Part shown: one piece after another, positions 16,194 to 26,900 of the stretch
Layout of the letters: each line of letters begins with the position of its first letter
Numbering within the stretch: the first letter of the stretch is position 1
Origin: Mucisphaera calidilacus
GTDB lineage: Bacteria; Planctomycetota; Phycisphaerae; Phycisphaerales; Phycisphaeraceae
Assembly: GCF_007748075.1 (NCBI RefSeq)
Contig: NZ_CP036280.1
Span: 630,001 to 662,000 of the forward strand
Direction of reading: 5' to 3'
DNA: 32,000 bases
Made by a program: the position numbers and the translations under genes
The notes under the pieces: generated by a model
What the model was told of the DNA's origin: nothing
Seen by the model: the letters and a program-made list of their open reading frames with translations, nothing else
Databases searched by the model: none

Positions 16194-17879
16194 ATGAATG
16201 TGCGTGATGCCTGGATATCTGGATGGGTGGCGGCGTTGTCGTTGCTGGTGCTGCCCGGTCTGGTGCTGGCGACGGAGCTGCGTCTGGCAGGGTCGCTGGA
16301 GCACGCGTGGGTGGTGGCGCGGCTGCAGGCGGAGGATCCGTGGCAGGTTTATCACCTGCCGGCGACGGGTCGTCTGGAGCGGCCCTTGCGTGCGGGCGAG
16401 ATTCCGGCGGGGGTTGAGATTGACGGGATCGCGGCGCAGGGCGAGCGGCTGTGGGTGTTTTCGGGTCGGACGGTGCGGTTGCGGTCGGCGGTGTGGCACG
16501 AGTTGTCGGAGCGTTGGCGGTACCGGGAGGACGTGGGGATGACGCTGCCCGGGGAGGTGGTGTCGGCGGGGGCGTCGGACCGGTCGGTGTGGGTGTTGTG
16601 TCGGCGTGAGGCTCGTGAGTTGGGCGGGGAGCGTGTTCGGAGCGGTGGGGTGGGGCGTTCGGCGCTGGCGGTGACGTTGGGCATTCCGGCGGATGCGCTG
16701 GGTGAGGCTGAAGCGGAGGAAGCGGAGGACCTGGCGGAGGCAACGGAGCCGGTTGCGGAGGAGGCAGGGGGGTACGTGTTGGCGCGGTGGGCGGGTGACT
16801 CGTGGGATGTGATGCCTGTGTCGGCGGCGGGCCGTGTGCTTTCGCTGGTGGCGGATCGACCGGGCGGTCTGCCGTGGGTGGCGGTGATGGAGTCGGAGGT
16901 TGCGGGTGATGCTCGTGTGATGGGGGTGGCTCCGCTGCGTCAGGAGGAGGGGGTTTGGGTGCTGGGGCCGGTGACCGATCTGAACGGGGTTTTGCCGGCG
17001 TATGGTCTGCCGGTGGTTCGTCGGGGTGTGGCTTCGTTGTTGACGGCGTCGCGTGAGCGAGGCGTGCGTCTGCGGACGGAGGGGCGAGATACGGTTCTGG
17101 TGTTGAATCTGGGGCAGGAAGCGGGGCCGCTTCAGAGTGCGATCACGGCGACGGGGTTTGACGGGGGTTTGCTGGTGGCGGGTGTGGACCGTTGGGAGGC
17201 GGGTTGGCCGAGGCTGGACTGGGCGTGGCTGGCGTCGGCGGACGACGCGCCGCGTGCGGGGACGCTTGAGGTCGCGGCGATTCCTCCGCCTTGGTCTCAG
17301 CCGGCGTACGCGATTCCGGTGGTGATCTGGATCACGTCGTTTTTGCTGGTGATCATGACGCTTGAGGCTCGGCGTCGCCCGCTTCGTTTTCGTCCGCGTC
17401 CGGTGGTGGTGGCGCCGCTGGGGGCGCGGATGACGGCGGCGATGATTGATTTTTTCCCGTGTCTGTTTGTGGTGATGTGGCTGACGGACACGACGTTTGA
17501 GCAGATGGTGGCGATGTGGCCGGGGCAGCCGTTGGCGTCGACGTGGGGCCAGGTGTTCCCGGGTTTGTTGACGATCGCGCTGTTTGTGGGGTCGACGGGT
17601 CTGGGGGAGGCTTTGTCGGGTCGCACGGTGGGCAAGCGTCTGATGGGTCTTGAGGTGCGTTCGATCGACGGTCGGATGCCGACGGCGACGCAGGTGGTGG
17701 CGCGTGGTCTGCTTAAGGCGTTTGACGTGATCGCGACGCTGTTGCTGCTGCTGATGATTTTCAGTCGTTACCGCCAGCGTCTGGGCGACATGGTGTCGCG
17801 GACGGTGGTGGTGGTGCGTGGTGCTCGGCCCGAGTTGCCTCCGCGGGGTGACGGGTCGGAGGAGCGGCGTGATGGTTGA
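16194..17879 (+). CDS. RDD-family membrane protein with a large (~380 aa) uncharacterised N-terminal extracytoplasmic region
   Basis: N-terminal signal/anchor [16 protein letters not shown]. The C-terminal RDD domain reads [18 protein letters not shown]...[18 protein letters not shown]...RGLLKAFD. Confidence 0.7.
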   Translation: MNVRDAWISGWVAALSLLVLPGLVLATELRLAGSLEHAWVVARLQAEDPWQVYHLPATGRLERPLRAGEIPAGVEIDGIAAQGERLWVFSGRTVRLRSAVWHELSERWRYREDVGMTLPGEVVSAGASDRSVWVLCRREARELGGERVRSGGVGRSALAVTLGIPADALGEAEAEEAEDLAEATEPVAEEAGGYVLARWAGDSWDVMPVSAAGRVLSLVADRPGGLPWVAVMESEVAGDARVMGVAPLRQEEGVWVLGPVTDLNGVLPAYGLPVVRRGVASLLTASRERGVRLRTEGRDTVLVLNLGQEAGPLQSAITATGFDGGLLVAGVDRWEAGWPRLDWAWLASADDAPRAGTLEVAAIPPPWSQPAYAIPVVIWITSFLLVIMTLEARRRPLRFRPRPVVVAPLGARMTAAMIDFFPCLFVVMWLTDTTFEQMVAMWPGQPLASTWGQVFPGLLTIALFVGSTGLGEALSGRTVGKRLMGLEVRSIDGRMPTATQVVARGLLKAFDVIATLLLLLMIFSRYRQRLGDMVSRTVVVVRGARPELPPRGDGSEERRDG

Positions 17880-18588
17880 TGATCGGCCGCCGGCGGTGGT
17901 GCTGCTCTCGGGCGGGTTGGATTCGGCGACGGTGCTGGCGATGGCGCGGGACGATGGTTTTGCGGCGCACGCGTTGAGTTTTGATTACGGGCAGCGGCAT
18001 CGCGCGGAGCTGATCGCGGCGGCGTTGCAGGCGGAGCGTGGGGGTGCGGCATCCCACCGGGTGGCGACGATCGATCTGCGCGCGTTCGGCGGGTCGGCGT
18101 TGACGTCGGACCTGGCGGTGCCGAAGGACCGTGACCCGGAGGCGTCGGGTGACGAGATCCCGGTGACGTACGTTCCGGCGCGGAACACGATTTTTCTGAG
18201 TTTCGCGTTGGGTCTGGCGGAGGTGCTGGGTGCGCGGGACGTGTACCTGGGCGTGAACGCGGTGGACTACTCGGGGTATCCGGATTGCCGTCCGGCGTAC
18301 ATCGAGGCGTTTGGGTCGATGGCGAACCTGGCGACGCGAGCGGGGGTGGAGTCGCCTGACGGCTCGTGGCTGCGGATTCATGCGCCGCTGATCGAGTGGA
18401 GCAAGGTGGCGATCATCCGGAGGGGGCTGGAGCTGGGTGTGGATTATGGCCTGACGCACTCGTGTTACGACCCGGTGGCGGACGCGGGGCGTGCTCTGGG
18501 GTGTCGGCCCTGCGAGCATTGTGATGCGTGCCTGATCCGTCAGCGTGCGTTTGAGGAGCTTGGCGGTCGTGATCCGGCGTTGGGATGA
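17872..18588 (+). CDS. queC: 7-cyano-7-deazaguanine synthase
   Basis: Motifs [15 protein letters not shown] (PP-loop), FDYGQRH, TYVPARN and Zn-cluster [10 protein letters not shown]. The ATG at 17872 overlaps the RDD gene stop (ATGGTTGA). Confidence 0.92.
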   Translation: MVDDRPPAVVLLSGGLDSATVLAMARDDGFAAHALSFDYGQRHRAELIAAALQAERGGAASHRVATIDLRAFGGSALTSDLAVPKDRDPEASGDEIPVTYVPARNTIFLSFALGLAEVLGARDVYLGVNAVDYSGYPDCRPAYIEAFGSMANLATRAGVESPDGSWLRIHAPLIEWSKVAIIRRGLELGVDYGLTHSCYDPVADAGRALGCRPCEHCDACLIRQRAFEELGGRDPALG

Positions 18589-18636
18589 GACAGGGGCTAT
18601 CTTGGGGGTGATGGACGCGTTTTGGAAAGGACGATC

Positions 18637-20187
18637 ATGACGCTGGCGGCGGCCGATCAGGAACGTTTTGCGGCGATGGGTCTGACGACCCGTCTGGTTG
18701 TGGGCATGGAGATTCACGTCGAGTTGGCGACGCGTTCGAAGATGTGGACGAGTTCGCCGAACGTGGCGCACGCGTCGTTTCAGGACGCGGAGCCGAACAC
18801 GCTGACGAGCCCGGTGGTGATCGGGATGCCGGGCACGCTTCCTGTGATGAACAAGCGTGCGGCGGAGATGTCGATCATGGTGGGGTTGGCGTTGAACTGC
18901 GCTATCGCGAGGCGTTGTCACTGGGACCGCAAGAGTTACTACTACCCGGACCTGCCGAAGAACTACCAGATCAGCCAGTACGAGGAGCCGATCTGCGGCG
19001 AGGGGTACCTGGACATTCCGGTGGATCCGGATCGGCCGGAGGGAGCGTGCAAGCGGATCCGGATCACGCGTGCGCACCTGGAGGAGGACGCGGGCAAGCT
19101 GATGCACGAGGCGCCCGGGGGTTTGGCGATTGACCACTCGATCGTGGACCTGAATCGTGCGGGGACGCCTCTGCTGGAGATCGTGACGGAGCCGGATTTC
19201 GGTTCGGCGGAGGAGGCGGTGACGTTTTCGGTGATGCTGCGTGACCTGTGTCGTCACCTGGGCGTGACGCAGGGGATCATGCAGCGTGGGCATATTCGTT
19301 TCGAGCCGAACATCAACGTGGTGATCGAGAAGGAGGGGCAGACGTACAAGACGCCTATCGCGGAGATCAAGAATCTCAACTCGTTCCGTGCGGTGAAGGG
19401 TTCGATCGAGCACGAGTACGTGCGTCAGGTGGAGCAGTGGCTGGAGGACGGTCGTGTGATGTCGGCGGGGGCGAAGTCGACGCGTGGCTGGGACGACAAC
19501 AAGCAGGTGACGCTTCTTCAGCGTGAGAAGGAGGACGCGCACGACTACCGCTATTTCCCGGATCCGGATCTGGTGGACCTGGTGGTGGATGAGGCGTGGC
19601 TGGACACGATCCGCGGTTCGATGCCCAGGCCGCTTGGCGAGCGTGAGGCGTCGTGGCGTGCGGCGGGTGTGGGGTCGTCGGAGGTGCGTCAGCTGCTGGA
19701 CGATCCGGGTTTGGCGCGGCTGTTCGATGAGGTGGTGGGTTTGGGGGTTGCGCCCAAGCGTGCGTTGTCGCTGTTGCTGAACGCGGGCTTGAAGTGGGCG
19801 AATGAGTATGGGGTTTCGCTGGGCGATCATCTGTCGGCGGCGCAGGTGGCGGGGATCGACGGGTTGTTGTCGGCGGAGAAGCTGGGTTCGTCGGGTGCGG
19901 AGAAGCTGGTCGCGGCGTTGCTGGACCCGGAGGGGGGGCATGACGGCGGGGAGCCGGAGGCTGTGGCGGAGCGGCTGAATCTGTTGCAGGTGAGTGACAG
20001 CGGGGCGTTGGAGGCTCACGTGGACGAGGTTCTGGCCGATGCGCGGAACGCGAAGGCGGTCGAGGACATCCGAGGGGGTAAGGACAAGGCGGTGGGGGCG
20101 TTGCTGGGTCAGATCATGAAGAAGACGGGCGGGGCGGCGAATCCGAAGGTGGTGCGTGATCTGATCTTCGGCAGGTTGCGCAGTTGA
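18637..20187 (+). CDS. gatB: Asp-tRNA(Asn)/Glu-tRNA(Gln) amidotransferase subunit B
   Basis: Motifs VVGMEIHVEL, WDRKSYYYPDLPKNYQISQY, HLEEDAGK and RFEPNINV, plus a C-terminal YqeY-like tail. The ATG at 18637 is preceded by GGAAAGG. Confidence 0.95.
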   Translation: MTLAAADQERFAAMGLTTRLVVGMEIHVELATRSKMWTSSPNVAHASFQDAEPNTLTSPVVIGMPGTLPVMNKRAAEMSIMVGLALNCAIARRCHWDRKSYYYPDLPKNYQISQYEEPICGEGYLDIPVDPDRPEGACKRIRITRAHLEEDAGKLMHEAPGGLAIDHSIVDLNRAGTPLLEIVTEPDFGSAEEAVTFSVMLRDLCRHLGVTQGIMQRGHIRFEPNINVVIEKEGQTYKTPIAEIKNLNSFRAVKGSIEHEYVRQVEQWLEDGRVMSAGAKSTRGWDDNKQVTLLQREKEDAHDYRYFPDPDLVDLVVDEAWLDTIRGSMPRPLGEREASWRAAGVGSSEVRQLLDDPGLARLFDEVVGLGVAPKRALSLLLNAGLKWANEYGVSLGDHLSAAQVAGIDGLLSAEKLGSSGAEKLVAALLDPEGGHDGGEPEAVAERLNLLQVSDSGALEAHVDEVLADARNAKAVEDIRGGKDKAVGALLGQIMKKTGGAANPKVVRDLIFGRLRS

Positions 20188-20372
20188 TCTATTGTGATGG
20201 CAAATTCCTGATAGCAGAGAAAAACAGGCTATGCCGGGCGGGTATTTTTCCCCCTTTAACGCGCAGGGGTTGTATACCTCAGTAGTAAACTAAGGGTGTC
20301 AGGGTTGGTGATGGACGTGTCGGACAAGGGAAGCCGGCGACCTGACATGTCATTGGGGAAGCATCAGGAGAC

Positions 20373-21854
20373 ATGGTTATGAAAGCTCAGCAGATCACGA
20401 TCGGTATGGTGGGACTGGCGGCGGCCGCTTCGTTCGCGGCGACGTCGGAGGCGCGTCTGGGTCCGGTGTTCAGCCTGGACGACAACCCGGCGTTCCCTGT
20501 TTCCTCGAACCCCGGTCTGGTGCCGGGTTACGGGGCGGAGGATCCGTTTGGTATTTTCCTCGCGCCGGGTCTGGCGCCTTCGCCGACGCTCGGCGGATTT
20601 GGCCCGCATGGTGACGCGTTCATCTTCTCGCCGGGTCCGGCGGTGAACGTGCTGCCGACGATCGACACGTTCACGGGGCTGCCGTGGTCGTACCTGGATG
20701 CCTACTCGAACAACAGTGCTTATGACGTGGACGGCAACGTTGCTTTCTCTCAGGGGCGGACGTTCAACCTGATGTTCTCGGTGGACCGGATCACGCAGGG
20801 CATCTCGGGCGACGTGATGGGTGAGGCGGCTGCCGGCGAGCAGGCGGCGGACATTTTCATCACGACGAAGCCGTTCAAGTCGCCTGCTGATTTCGCGGGT
20901 TCGTTGCCTTTCGACGCGGGCTACGTGGGTGTGCTTGGTGCGCCGACGTCGGCGGGTCCGGGCAGCAACCGGCTGTTTTTTGACGAGGACAAGGACTTTG
21001 GTCTGATCCCGGGTCCGGGCCCGTTCCAGCCGCGTGAGGCGGACAACATTGATGCGTTCGAGCTGCGGAACATGGATGTTGTGGGCCAGCAGGTCCCGAC
21101 GTCGAACGCGTATCACTCGATCAATCCGGACGAGGCTTTCAACAAGCACCTGGCGACGGGTGCGACGCTTCCGTACACGCCTTCGGACATTTATGCGACG
21201 CCTGCTTTCTCGCCATTCAGCCAGCTGTTCGCGCGGGAGCATCACATCTTCGGGTCGGGCAACCCGCCTTTTGTGGCAGATCAGGGCGTTGCGATCGGCG
21301 AGGACGTGGATGCGTTGGTGATCTGGGACGCGGACGACTTCATACCGGACGTGATTATCGCTGACGGTGTTGATGGTGCGATTTTCCCGCCGCAGCCGCT
21401 GGTGGAGCCGGGGCGTGACTTCGCGTTGTTCAGTTTGTCGCCTGGTTCACAGATCCTGTTCAACCTCAACAACCAGGGCATCCAGGTGGGTCCTGCGGAC
21501 GTGTTCTTCACGGACTTCAATGGATCGTTTGCTTTGTATGCGAGCGGTCTTGATCTGGGGCTGAACACCGGTGGCGCGTTGGAGATTGACAACCTTGACG
21601 CGTTGGAGGTCGTGCTGACCGGCGACGCGAATCTTGACGGGCGTGTGGACCTGCTGGACCTGTCGATTCTCGCTTCGAGTTTCGGCGGCGTGGGTGACTG
21701 GCGTCAGGGCGACTTCAACGGTGATGGCCTGGTGAACCTGCTGGACCTGTCGGCGTTGGCGTCGAACTTCGGCGGTTCGACGGGTGCGGTGCCGGAGCCG
21801 GCGGTGGCGACGCTCCTTGGCCTGGGGCTGCTGGCTGTGGGCCGGCGCCGCTGA
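20373..21854 (+). CDS. secreted PEP-CTERM protein with a C-terminal dockerin-like repeat pair; N-terminal ~400 aa uncharacterised
   Basis: Signal peptide MVGLAAAASFAATSEA. The C-terminus reads GDANLDGRVDLLDLSILASSFGG...GDFNGDGLVNLLDLSALASNFGG, then VPEPAVATLLGLGLLAVGRRR (PEP motif, TM helix, basic tail). Confidence 0.8.
   Translation: MVMKAQQITIGMVGLAAAASFAATSEARLGPVFSLDDNPAFPVSSNPGLVPGYGAEDPFGIFLAPGLAPSPTLGGFGPHGDAFIFSPGPAVNVLPTIDTFTGLPWSYLDAYSNNSAYDVDGNVAFSQGRTFNLMFSVDRITQGISGDVMGEAAAGEQAADIFITTKPFKSPADFAGSLPFDAGYVGVLGAPTSAGPGSNRLFFDEDKDFGLIPGPGPFQPREADNIDAFELRNMDVVGQQVPTSNAYHSINPDEAFNKHLATGATLPYTPSDIYATPAFSPFSQLFAREHHIFGSGNPPFVADQGVAIGEDVDALVIWDADDFIPDVIIADGVDGAIFPPQPLVEPGRDFALFSLSPGSQILFNLNNQGIQVGPADVFFTDFNGSFALYASGLDLGLNTGGALEIDNLDALEVVLTGDANLDGRVDLLDLSILASSFGGVGDWRQGDFNGDGLVNLLDLSALASNFGGSTGAVPEPAVATLLGLGLLAVGRRR
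21618..21851 (+). repeat. dockerin-like Ca-binding repeat pair + PEP-CTERM cassette, copy 1 (protein-level paralogous module)
   Basis: The 78-aa tail shares the xVDLLDLSxLAxxF motifs with copies at 27148-27579 and 31392-31781. Confidence 0.7.
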
Positions 21855-21884
21855 GTGTTCTGAGTCTGATTGCGATACGACGAT

Positions 21885-21921
21885 CCCCGCTTCCCGGAAT
21901 GACCGGGGGCGGGGTTTTTTT
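21885..21921 (+). terminator. rho-independent terminator after the PEP-CTERM gene
   Basis: CCCCGCTTCCCGG - AATGA - CCGGGGGCGGGG followed by TTTTTTT. The stem has one small bulge. Confidence 0.7.
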
Positions 21922-21930
21922 ATACGGGGT

Positions 21931-21939
21931 TGATAGAAT
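21931..21939 (+). promoter_or_regulatory. possible extended -10 promoter element (TGaTAGAAT) for typA
   Basis: TGATAGAAT lies 67 nt upstream of the typA ATG, immediately after the upstream terminator. No convincing -35 was seen. Confidence 0.25.
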
Positions 21940-22005
21940 GGGTGTCCGGCGTTCACGCGACGCCCCTCCCTCCCAGCCACCCCCTTGATAACAATCGGTA
22001 AGTCT

Positions 22006-23958
22006 ATGGACCACAAGCACCTGCGCAATGTAGCGGTTATTGCCCACGTTGATCACGGCAAGACCACCCTGACGGATCAGCTGCTCTATCAGTCGGGCAT
22101 GTTCCGCAGCGAGGAGCTGGACAAGCTGGCGGGTGGTCAGCACAACCTGGTATTGGATACGGGTGATATCGAGCGTGAGCGTGGTATCACGATCACGGCG
22201 AAGAACTGCGCGGTGTCGTATCGGCACAAGGACGGGCACGAGTACACGATCAACCTGATCGATACGCCGGGCCACGCGGACTTTGGCGGTGAGGTGGAGC
22301 GTGTGCTGAACATGGCGGACGGCTGTCTGCTGGTGGTGGATGCGTTTGAGGGGCCGATGCCTCAGACGCGCTTTGTGCTGGGCAAGGCGTTGGCGTTGGG
22401 ACTCAAGCCGGTGGTGGTGGTGAACAAGATCGACAAGCCGAACGCTCGGCCGGAGGAGGTGGTCAACGAGGTTTTCGACCTGTTGGGTCAGCTCGATGCG
22501 CCGGATGACGCGTTGGACTTTCCGGTGGTGTATGCGTCGGCGAAGAACGGTTGGGCGACGGCGGACCACGACCGGATCGGCGAGGACCACCCGGACAACA
22601 TTGCGGATCTGTATGACGCGATTCTGTCGCACATCCCCGAGCCTTATGCGGAGGGGTCGGCGCGGGGTGCGGCGGCGGGCTTTACGAGTCGTCAGGCGGC
22701 GTTGGACTCGCCGCTGCAGCTGAGCGTGACGTCGATCCAGTACAGCGAGTACGTGGGTCGTATCGCGGTGGGTCGTGTGACGGCGGGGACGATCACGGGC
22801 GGCCAGAAGGTGACGGTGATCAACCGTGCGGGCGAGGGGAGCCAGCAGCGTGTTCTGAAGGTGAATGTCTTTGACGGTTTGTCGCAGCGGGAGGTGGCGT
22901 CGGTGTCGGCCGGTGACATCTGCGCAGTGGTGGGTTTGGACCCGATCGACATCGGTGACACGATCGCGTGTCCGGATGATCCGTCGGCGCTGCCCTCGGT
23001 GAAGATCGATGAGCCGACGCTGAGCATGATGTTCCGCGTGAATGATTCGCCTTTTGCGGGCAAGGAGGGGACGTACGTCACGAGCCGGCAGATCTGGGAT
23101 CGTCTGCAGCGGGAGTTGCAGTCCAACGTGGCGTTGCGTGTCGAGCGGGGCGAGACGGGCGAGAGCTTTCTGGTGTCGGGTCGTGGGTTGATGCACCTTG
23201 GCGTGCTGATCGAGGAGATGCGTCGTGAGGGCTACGAGCTTCAGGTGGGACGTCCTCAGGTGATTCTGAGGCGGCCGGAGGAGGGGGATCACGCGGGCAA
23301 GCTGTGCGAGCCGATCGAGCAGCTGGTGGTGGATTGTCCGGAGGAGTGCCAGAGCGACGTGATGTCGCTGGTGAGTAATCGTCGCGCGGAGATCGTGCGG
23401 ATGGACCCGAAGGCTGGGGCGAGCGACTACATCCACATCGAGTTCACGATCCCGGCGCGGGGTCTGCTGGGTCTGCGGACGCGGATGCTGACGGCGACGC
23501 AGGGGCGCGCGATCATGCACCACAACCTGCTGCGTTACGAGCCGGTGCGTGGCGAGATGCCTTCGCGTCTGGCGGGCGTGATGATTGCGTCGGACCCGGG
23601 TCAGGTGACGGCGTATTCGCTGGACCGTTTGTTTGACCGGGGGGTGTTCTTTGTGAAGCCGGGCGACAAGGTGTACGCGGGTCAGATCGTCGGCGAGCAC
23701 TGCAAGGACAACGACATCACGGTGAACCTGGCGATCAACAAGAAGCTGACGAACGTGCGTGCGGCGTCGGCGGACGATCAGACAAAGGTGAAGCCGGCGC
23801 GTGAGTTGTCGCTGGAGGCGACGCTTGAGTACATCGCGGAGGACGAGTTGGTGGAGATCACGCCTGAGTCGGTGCGGATGCGTAAGCGTCTGCTGACGGA
23901 GGCGGAGCGTCGTCGCGAGGATCGTGCGGCGAAGGCGAAGTCGACGGTGAGCGTGTAG
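22006..23958 (+). CDS. typA: translational GTPase TypA/BipA
   Basis: Motifs [29 protein letters not shown] and NKID, with EF-G-like domains and the BipA-specific C-terminus. The ATG at 22006 is preferred over TTG 21985. Confidence 0.97.
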   Translation: MDHKHLRNVAVIAHVDHGKTTLTDQLLYQSGMFRSEELDKLAGGQHNLVLDTGDIERERGITITAKNCAVSYRHKDGHEYTINLIDTPGHADFGGEVERVLNMADGCLLVVDAFEGPMPQTRFVLGKALALGLKPVVVVNKIDKPNARPEEVVNEVFDLLGQLDAPDDALDFPVVYASAKNGWATADHDRIGEDHPDNIADLYDAILSHIPEPYAEGSARGAAAGFTSRQAALDSPLQLSVTSIQYSEYVGRIAVGRVTAGTITGGQKVTVINRAGEGSQQRVLKVNVFDGLSQREVASVSAGDICAVVGLDPIDIGDTIACPDDPSALPSVKIDEPTLSMMFRVNDSPFAGKEGTYVTSRQIWDRLQRELQSNVALRVERGETGESFLVSGRGLMHLGVLIEEMRREGYELQVGRPQVILRRPEEGDHAGKLCEPIEQLVVDCPEECQSDVMSLVSNRRAEIVRMDPKAGASDYIHIEFTIPARGLLGLRTRMLTATQGRAIMHHNLLRYEPVRGEMPSRLAGVMIASDPGQVTAYSLDRLFDRGVFFVKPGDKVYAGQIVGEHCKDNDITVNLAINKKLTNVRAASADDQTKVKPARELSLEATLEYIAEDELVEITPESVRMRKRLLTEAERRREDRAAKAKSTVSV

Positions 23959-23985
23959 TCGTCGCTCGGCTTTCTGTTGCGGGGG

Positions 23986-26900
23986 CTAGGGGGTGAGGTC
24001 GATGGTGAGGGATGCGGGGCTTTGGGGGATGGTGGTGGTGATGGCCTGGGAGCCGGACGGGCCGGGTAGGTAGAGGATGATGCCGTTGGGCGGGCTGGCG
24101 TCGCCGGTGATGTGAAGATGGGCGGTATCGCCTACGCGTCGGAGTTGGTAGCTGATGGAGCCGTAGCGTGTGGGTGCGTCGGTGACGCGGACGCCCTGGC
24201 CGTCGAGCCATGTGGAGCGGATGCCTAGGCCGAGTCGGAGTTGTCCGCGGGTTTCGTCTTCGGCGACGAACATGGCGCGTGTGGCGTTGATGAATCCGGC
24301 GCCGACCCAGGTGTGGGGCATGTCGCCGATGAATCGCGGCGCGCGGTCGTCGCGGTAGGCGATCTCGGCCCAGTGGAGCCAGTTGGCGGGGTGCTGGTCG
24401 CGTGCGAGCCACTGGTACATGGTGTGGGCGCGTTCGCGGTGTCCGAGCCGGACCATGGTGGACATGACGCGGAGTTCGTAGGGGGTGTAGTCGAACCAGT
24501 CGCGTTCGTCGGTGAGTCGTGTGATGAAGCCTTCCCAGTACTTGTCGAAGGTTCGGTTCATGAGGTCGGCGGGGAGGTGGTGCCGGAGGTCGCCAACGGA
24601 GATGGCGACGGCGGTGGAGGGTGGGTCGAAGTCGCCGAGTTCGACGCAGCCGGGGATGTAGTCGATGCCGTGCTCGGTGGCGGCCATCTCGACGGAGCGG
24701 ACCATGGCCTGTCGGTGTGCGTCGGCCAGTTGTGCGTAGCGTTGGGCGTTTTCGGTTTCGCCGAGGCGTTGAGCGATGGCGGCGGCGTCGGCAAAGCCGC
24801 GGACGACGAAGGTGTTGTCCCAGTAGGCGTGCATGGGTTTGGCGGAGTAGCCCTCGTGGCTGATGGATTCGGGGACGAGTCCTTCGTAGGCGGTGCCGAG
24901 GTAGGGTTCGGTGAGTCGCTGGTTGCGCAGGGCTTCGAGGTAGTCGACGGCCTTGCGGACGTGTTGGTCGTGCCGTCGGGCGAATTCGGTGTCGCCGGTG
25001 TGGTCGAGCAGGAGTTTGGCGAGGTAGATGAACTGTCCGGTGGAGTCGTGTTCGTCGACGGGGTCTGCGCCGCGGTGGTCGACGACGCAGGGGATCTTGC
25101 CGTTGTCGTACTGGTAGTCGGCGTACCAGTCGAGGTAGCGTGCGACGGACGCGGCCTGTCCGAGGTTGACGAGTGCGGTGCCGGTGAGGGCTCCGTCGCG
25201 GATCCATGATCGTTCGTAGGTGCGTGAGCCGGGCTGGATGCGGTCGCCATCCTTGTTGATGAGGATGTAGCCGAGCTGTGCGCGGAGGCTGTCGAGCATG
25301 GGGGCGGCGGAGGGGTGGTCGACGGCGAAGATGCGCGGGCCGAGCCGTTCTTCCCATTCGTCGATGGCCTGTTCGTACTGCTGGTCGAAGTCGAGGCGTC
25401 GGAGTTTGGAGATGGCAGGGACGAGGCTGTCGCCGAGCGGCGTGGCGACGATGACGTCGGCGGAGGCTCCGGGTTCGAGCTGGTGGTCGAAGGCCATGAG
25501 GCCGGACGCGAGGCCGTGGGTGTCGTGGGTCTCGTCGGTTTCTGATTCGATGTCGTGGCGGAGCCAGTCGGTGGGCTGGCCGTCGATGAAGCTGCCGACG
25601 GTCAAGGCGTCGGGCGGGTTGATCGCGATGACGGGGGCGTTGTCGTTGACGATGAGCCCGTGGTCGTCGTGGGCGTGGCGGACGCGGTGGATGGGGGAGT
25701 GGCCGCCATCGATGTTGAGGTTCTGCCAGGGGGGCAGGACCTGGAGTGGGCGGATGGCGAGACCGAGGGTGACGGCTTGCGGGGTGTCGCTGGTGTTGGT
25801 GATGCGGTAGCGGGTGAGGATGACCTGGTTGTTGTCGATGACGCGGGGCAGGGGGGTGATGGTGAGGGAGAGTTTGTCGTGGGTGCGCGTGACGGAACTG
25901 ATGGGGACGGGGCCGGGCGCGAGGTGCTGGGTGTGGGCGGCGTCGGCCCAGGTGAGGACGTTGTCGTTGACGCGGAGGAGGGGTTCGAGCGTGAATCCGC
26001 CTTTGTGGACTTCGAGGCTGCCGTGCTCGCTGATGAGGGCTTCTTCGTCGCGGTCGGGGAGGCCGACGACGTTCCAGAAGACCTGGCGGTTCTCGGTCGT
26101 CATGGGGAAGGTGCCGCGTGGCGCGGCGGCTGCGGCGGACTGGATGATGGCGTTGGCGGGTGAGGGTGCGTCGACGGGGAGGAGTTGGAGGGATTCGAGG
26201 GTGAGGCCCTGGCTGTCGTGGGTTCGTGTGGTGTTGATGCGCAGGTAGCGGGCCTCGTGCTCGGGGGCGAGGTGTCCGTCGGGCCCGCCGATGCCTTGGG
26301 TGACGGCGGCGAGTTGTGTCCAGGTGTTGCCGTCGGTGGAGGTTTCGAGGGTGTAGGCCTGGGGGTATCGGTCGGTGGACCAGCCGAGGAGGATTCCGGC
26401 GAACTCGCGCAGGTCGCCAAGGTCCATCATGATGGTGCTGTGGTCGCCTGGCTGTGTGCGGAGGTTGATGGCGTCGGGCTGTGCGACGAGGGTGGTGGTG
26501 CGGTAGAGGTCGTTTTCGGATTGTTCGCAGCGGACGGCGAGTTGGAGGGGGCCGGTGACGGCGGGGGGGATGGGCTGGAGTTGGACGTTGTCGATCCAGA
26601 TGGTGCCTTGGCCGCCTGAGGAGGCGGTGACGACGATCTCGAGGGCGCCGAGTTGATCGTGTAGTTGTTCGCCGCCGGCGGGTCCCCATGCGAAGACGAA
26701 GTGTCGGCGTTTGAGGCGGACGTTAGTCCATGCTTTGGTGAAGGTGTGGTTGCGGCGGTTGACCCACCAGACGTTCTCGCCTGAGGGATCGAGGAGTTTG
26801 ACTTCGAGGGTGTTGGGTGGCGTGTCGCCTCGGAGGTCGAAGGTGAGGGCGAAGTTCTCGGGCAGGTTGATGGGTTGGGGGAGTTTGAGCTGGCTGACGG

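Noticed and set aside
16141-16743. Pro-rich 200-aa N-terminal extension of the cdsA ORF (track ORF 15166-16743)
   Set aside because: The extension is ~40% Pro/Ala/Thr low complexity and overlaps the divergent RDD gene. A normal CdsA N-terminus begins at MANMLIQ (ATG at 16140).
17761-20019. 752-aa minus-strand ORF spanning queC and gatB
   Set aside because: It crosses two well-supported plus-strand genes and the intergenic gap between them. Its composition is Arg/His/Pro/Thr/Gln-dominated, so it is a shadow ORF.
21618-21851. Interpreting the dockerin-like repeats as evidence of a cellulosome
   Set aside because: No cohesin or scaffoldin-like ORF is present in the window, and the repeats are fused directly to PEP-CTERM anchors. 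A classical cellulosome interpretation is not supported by what is visible.
21715-23700. 661-aa minus-strand ORF antisense to typA
   Set aside because: typA is unambiguous and the antisense product is low-complexity R/H/P/T/Q.
23858-26689. 943-aa minus-strand ORF in an alternative frame of the GH15-like gene
   Set aside because: It is almost pure Arg/Pro/His/Thr. The overlapping 1042-aa frame has a signal peptide, normal composition and recognisable discoidin and (alpha/alpha)6 motifs.
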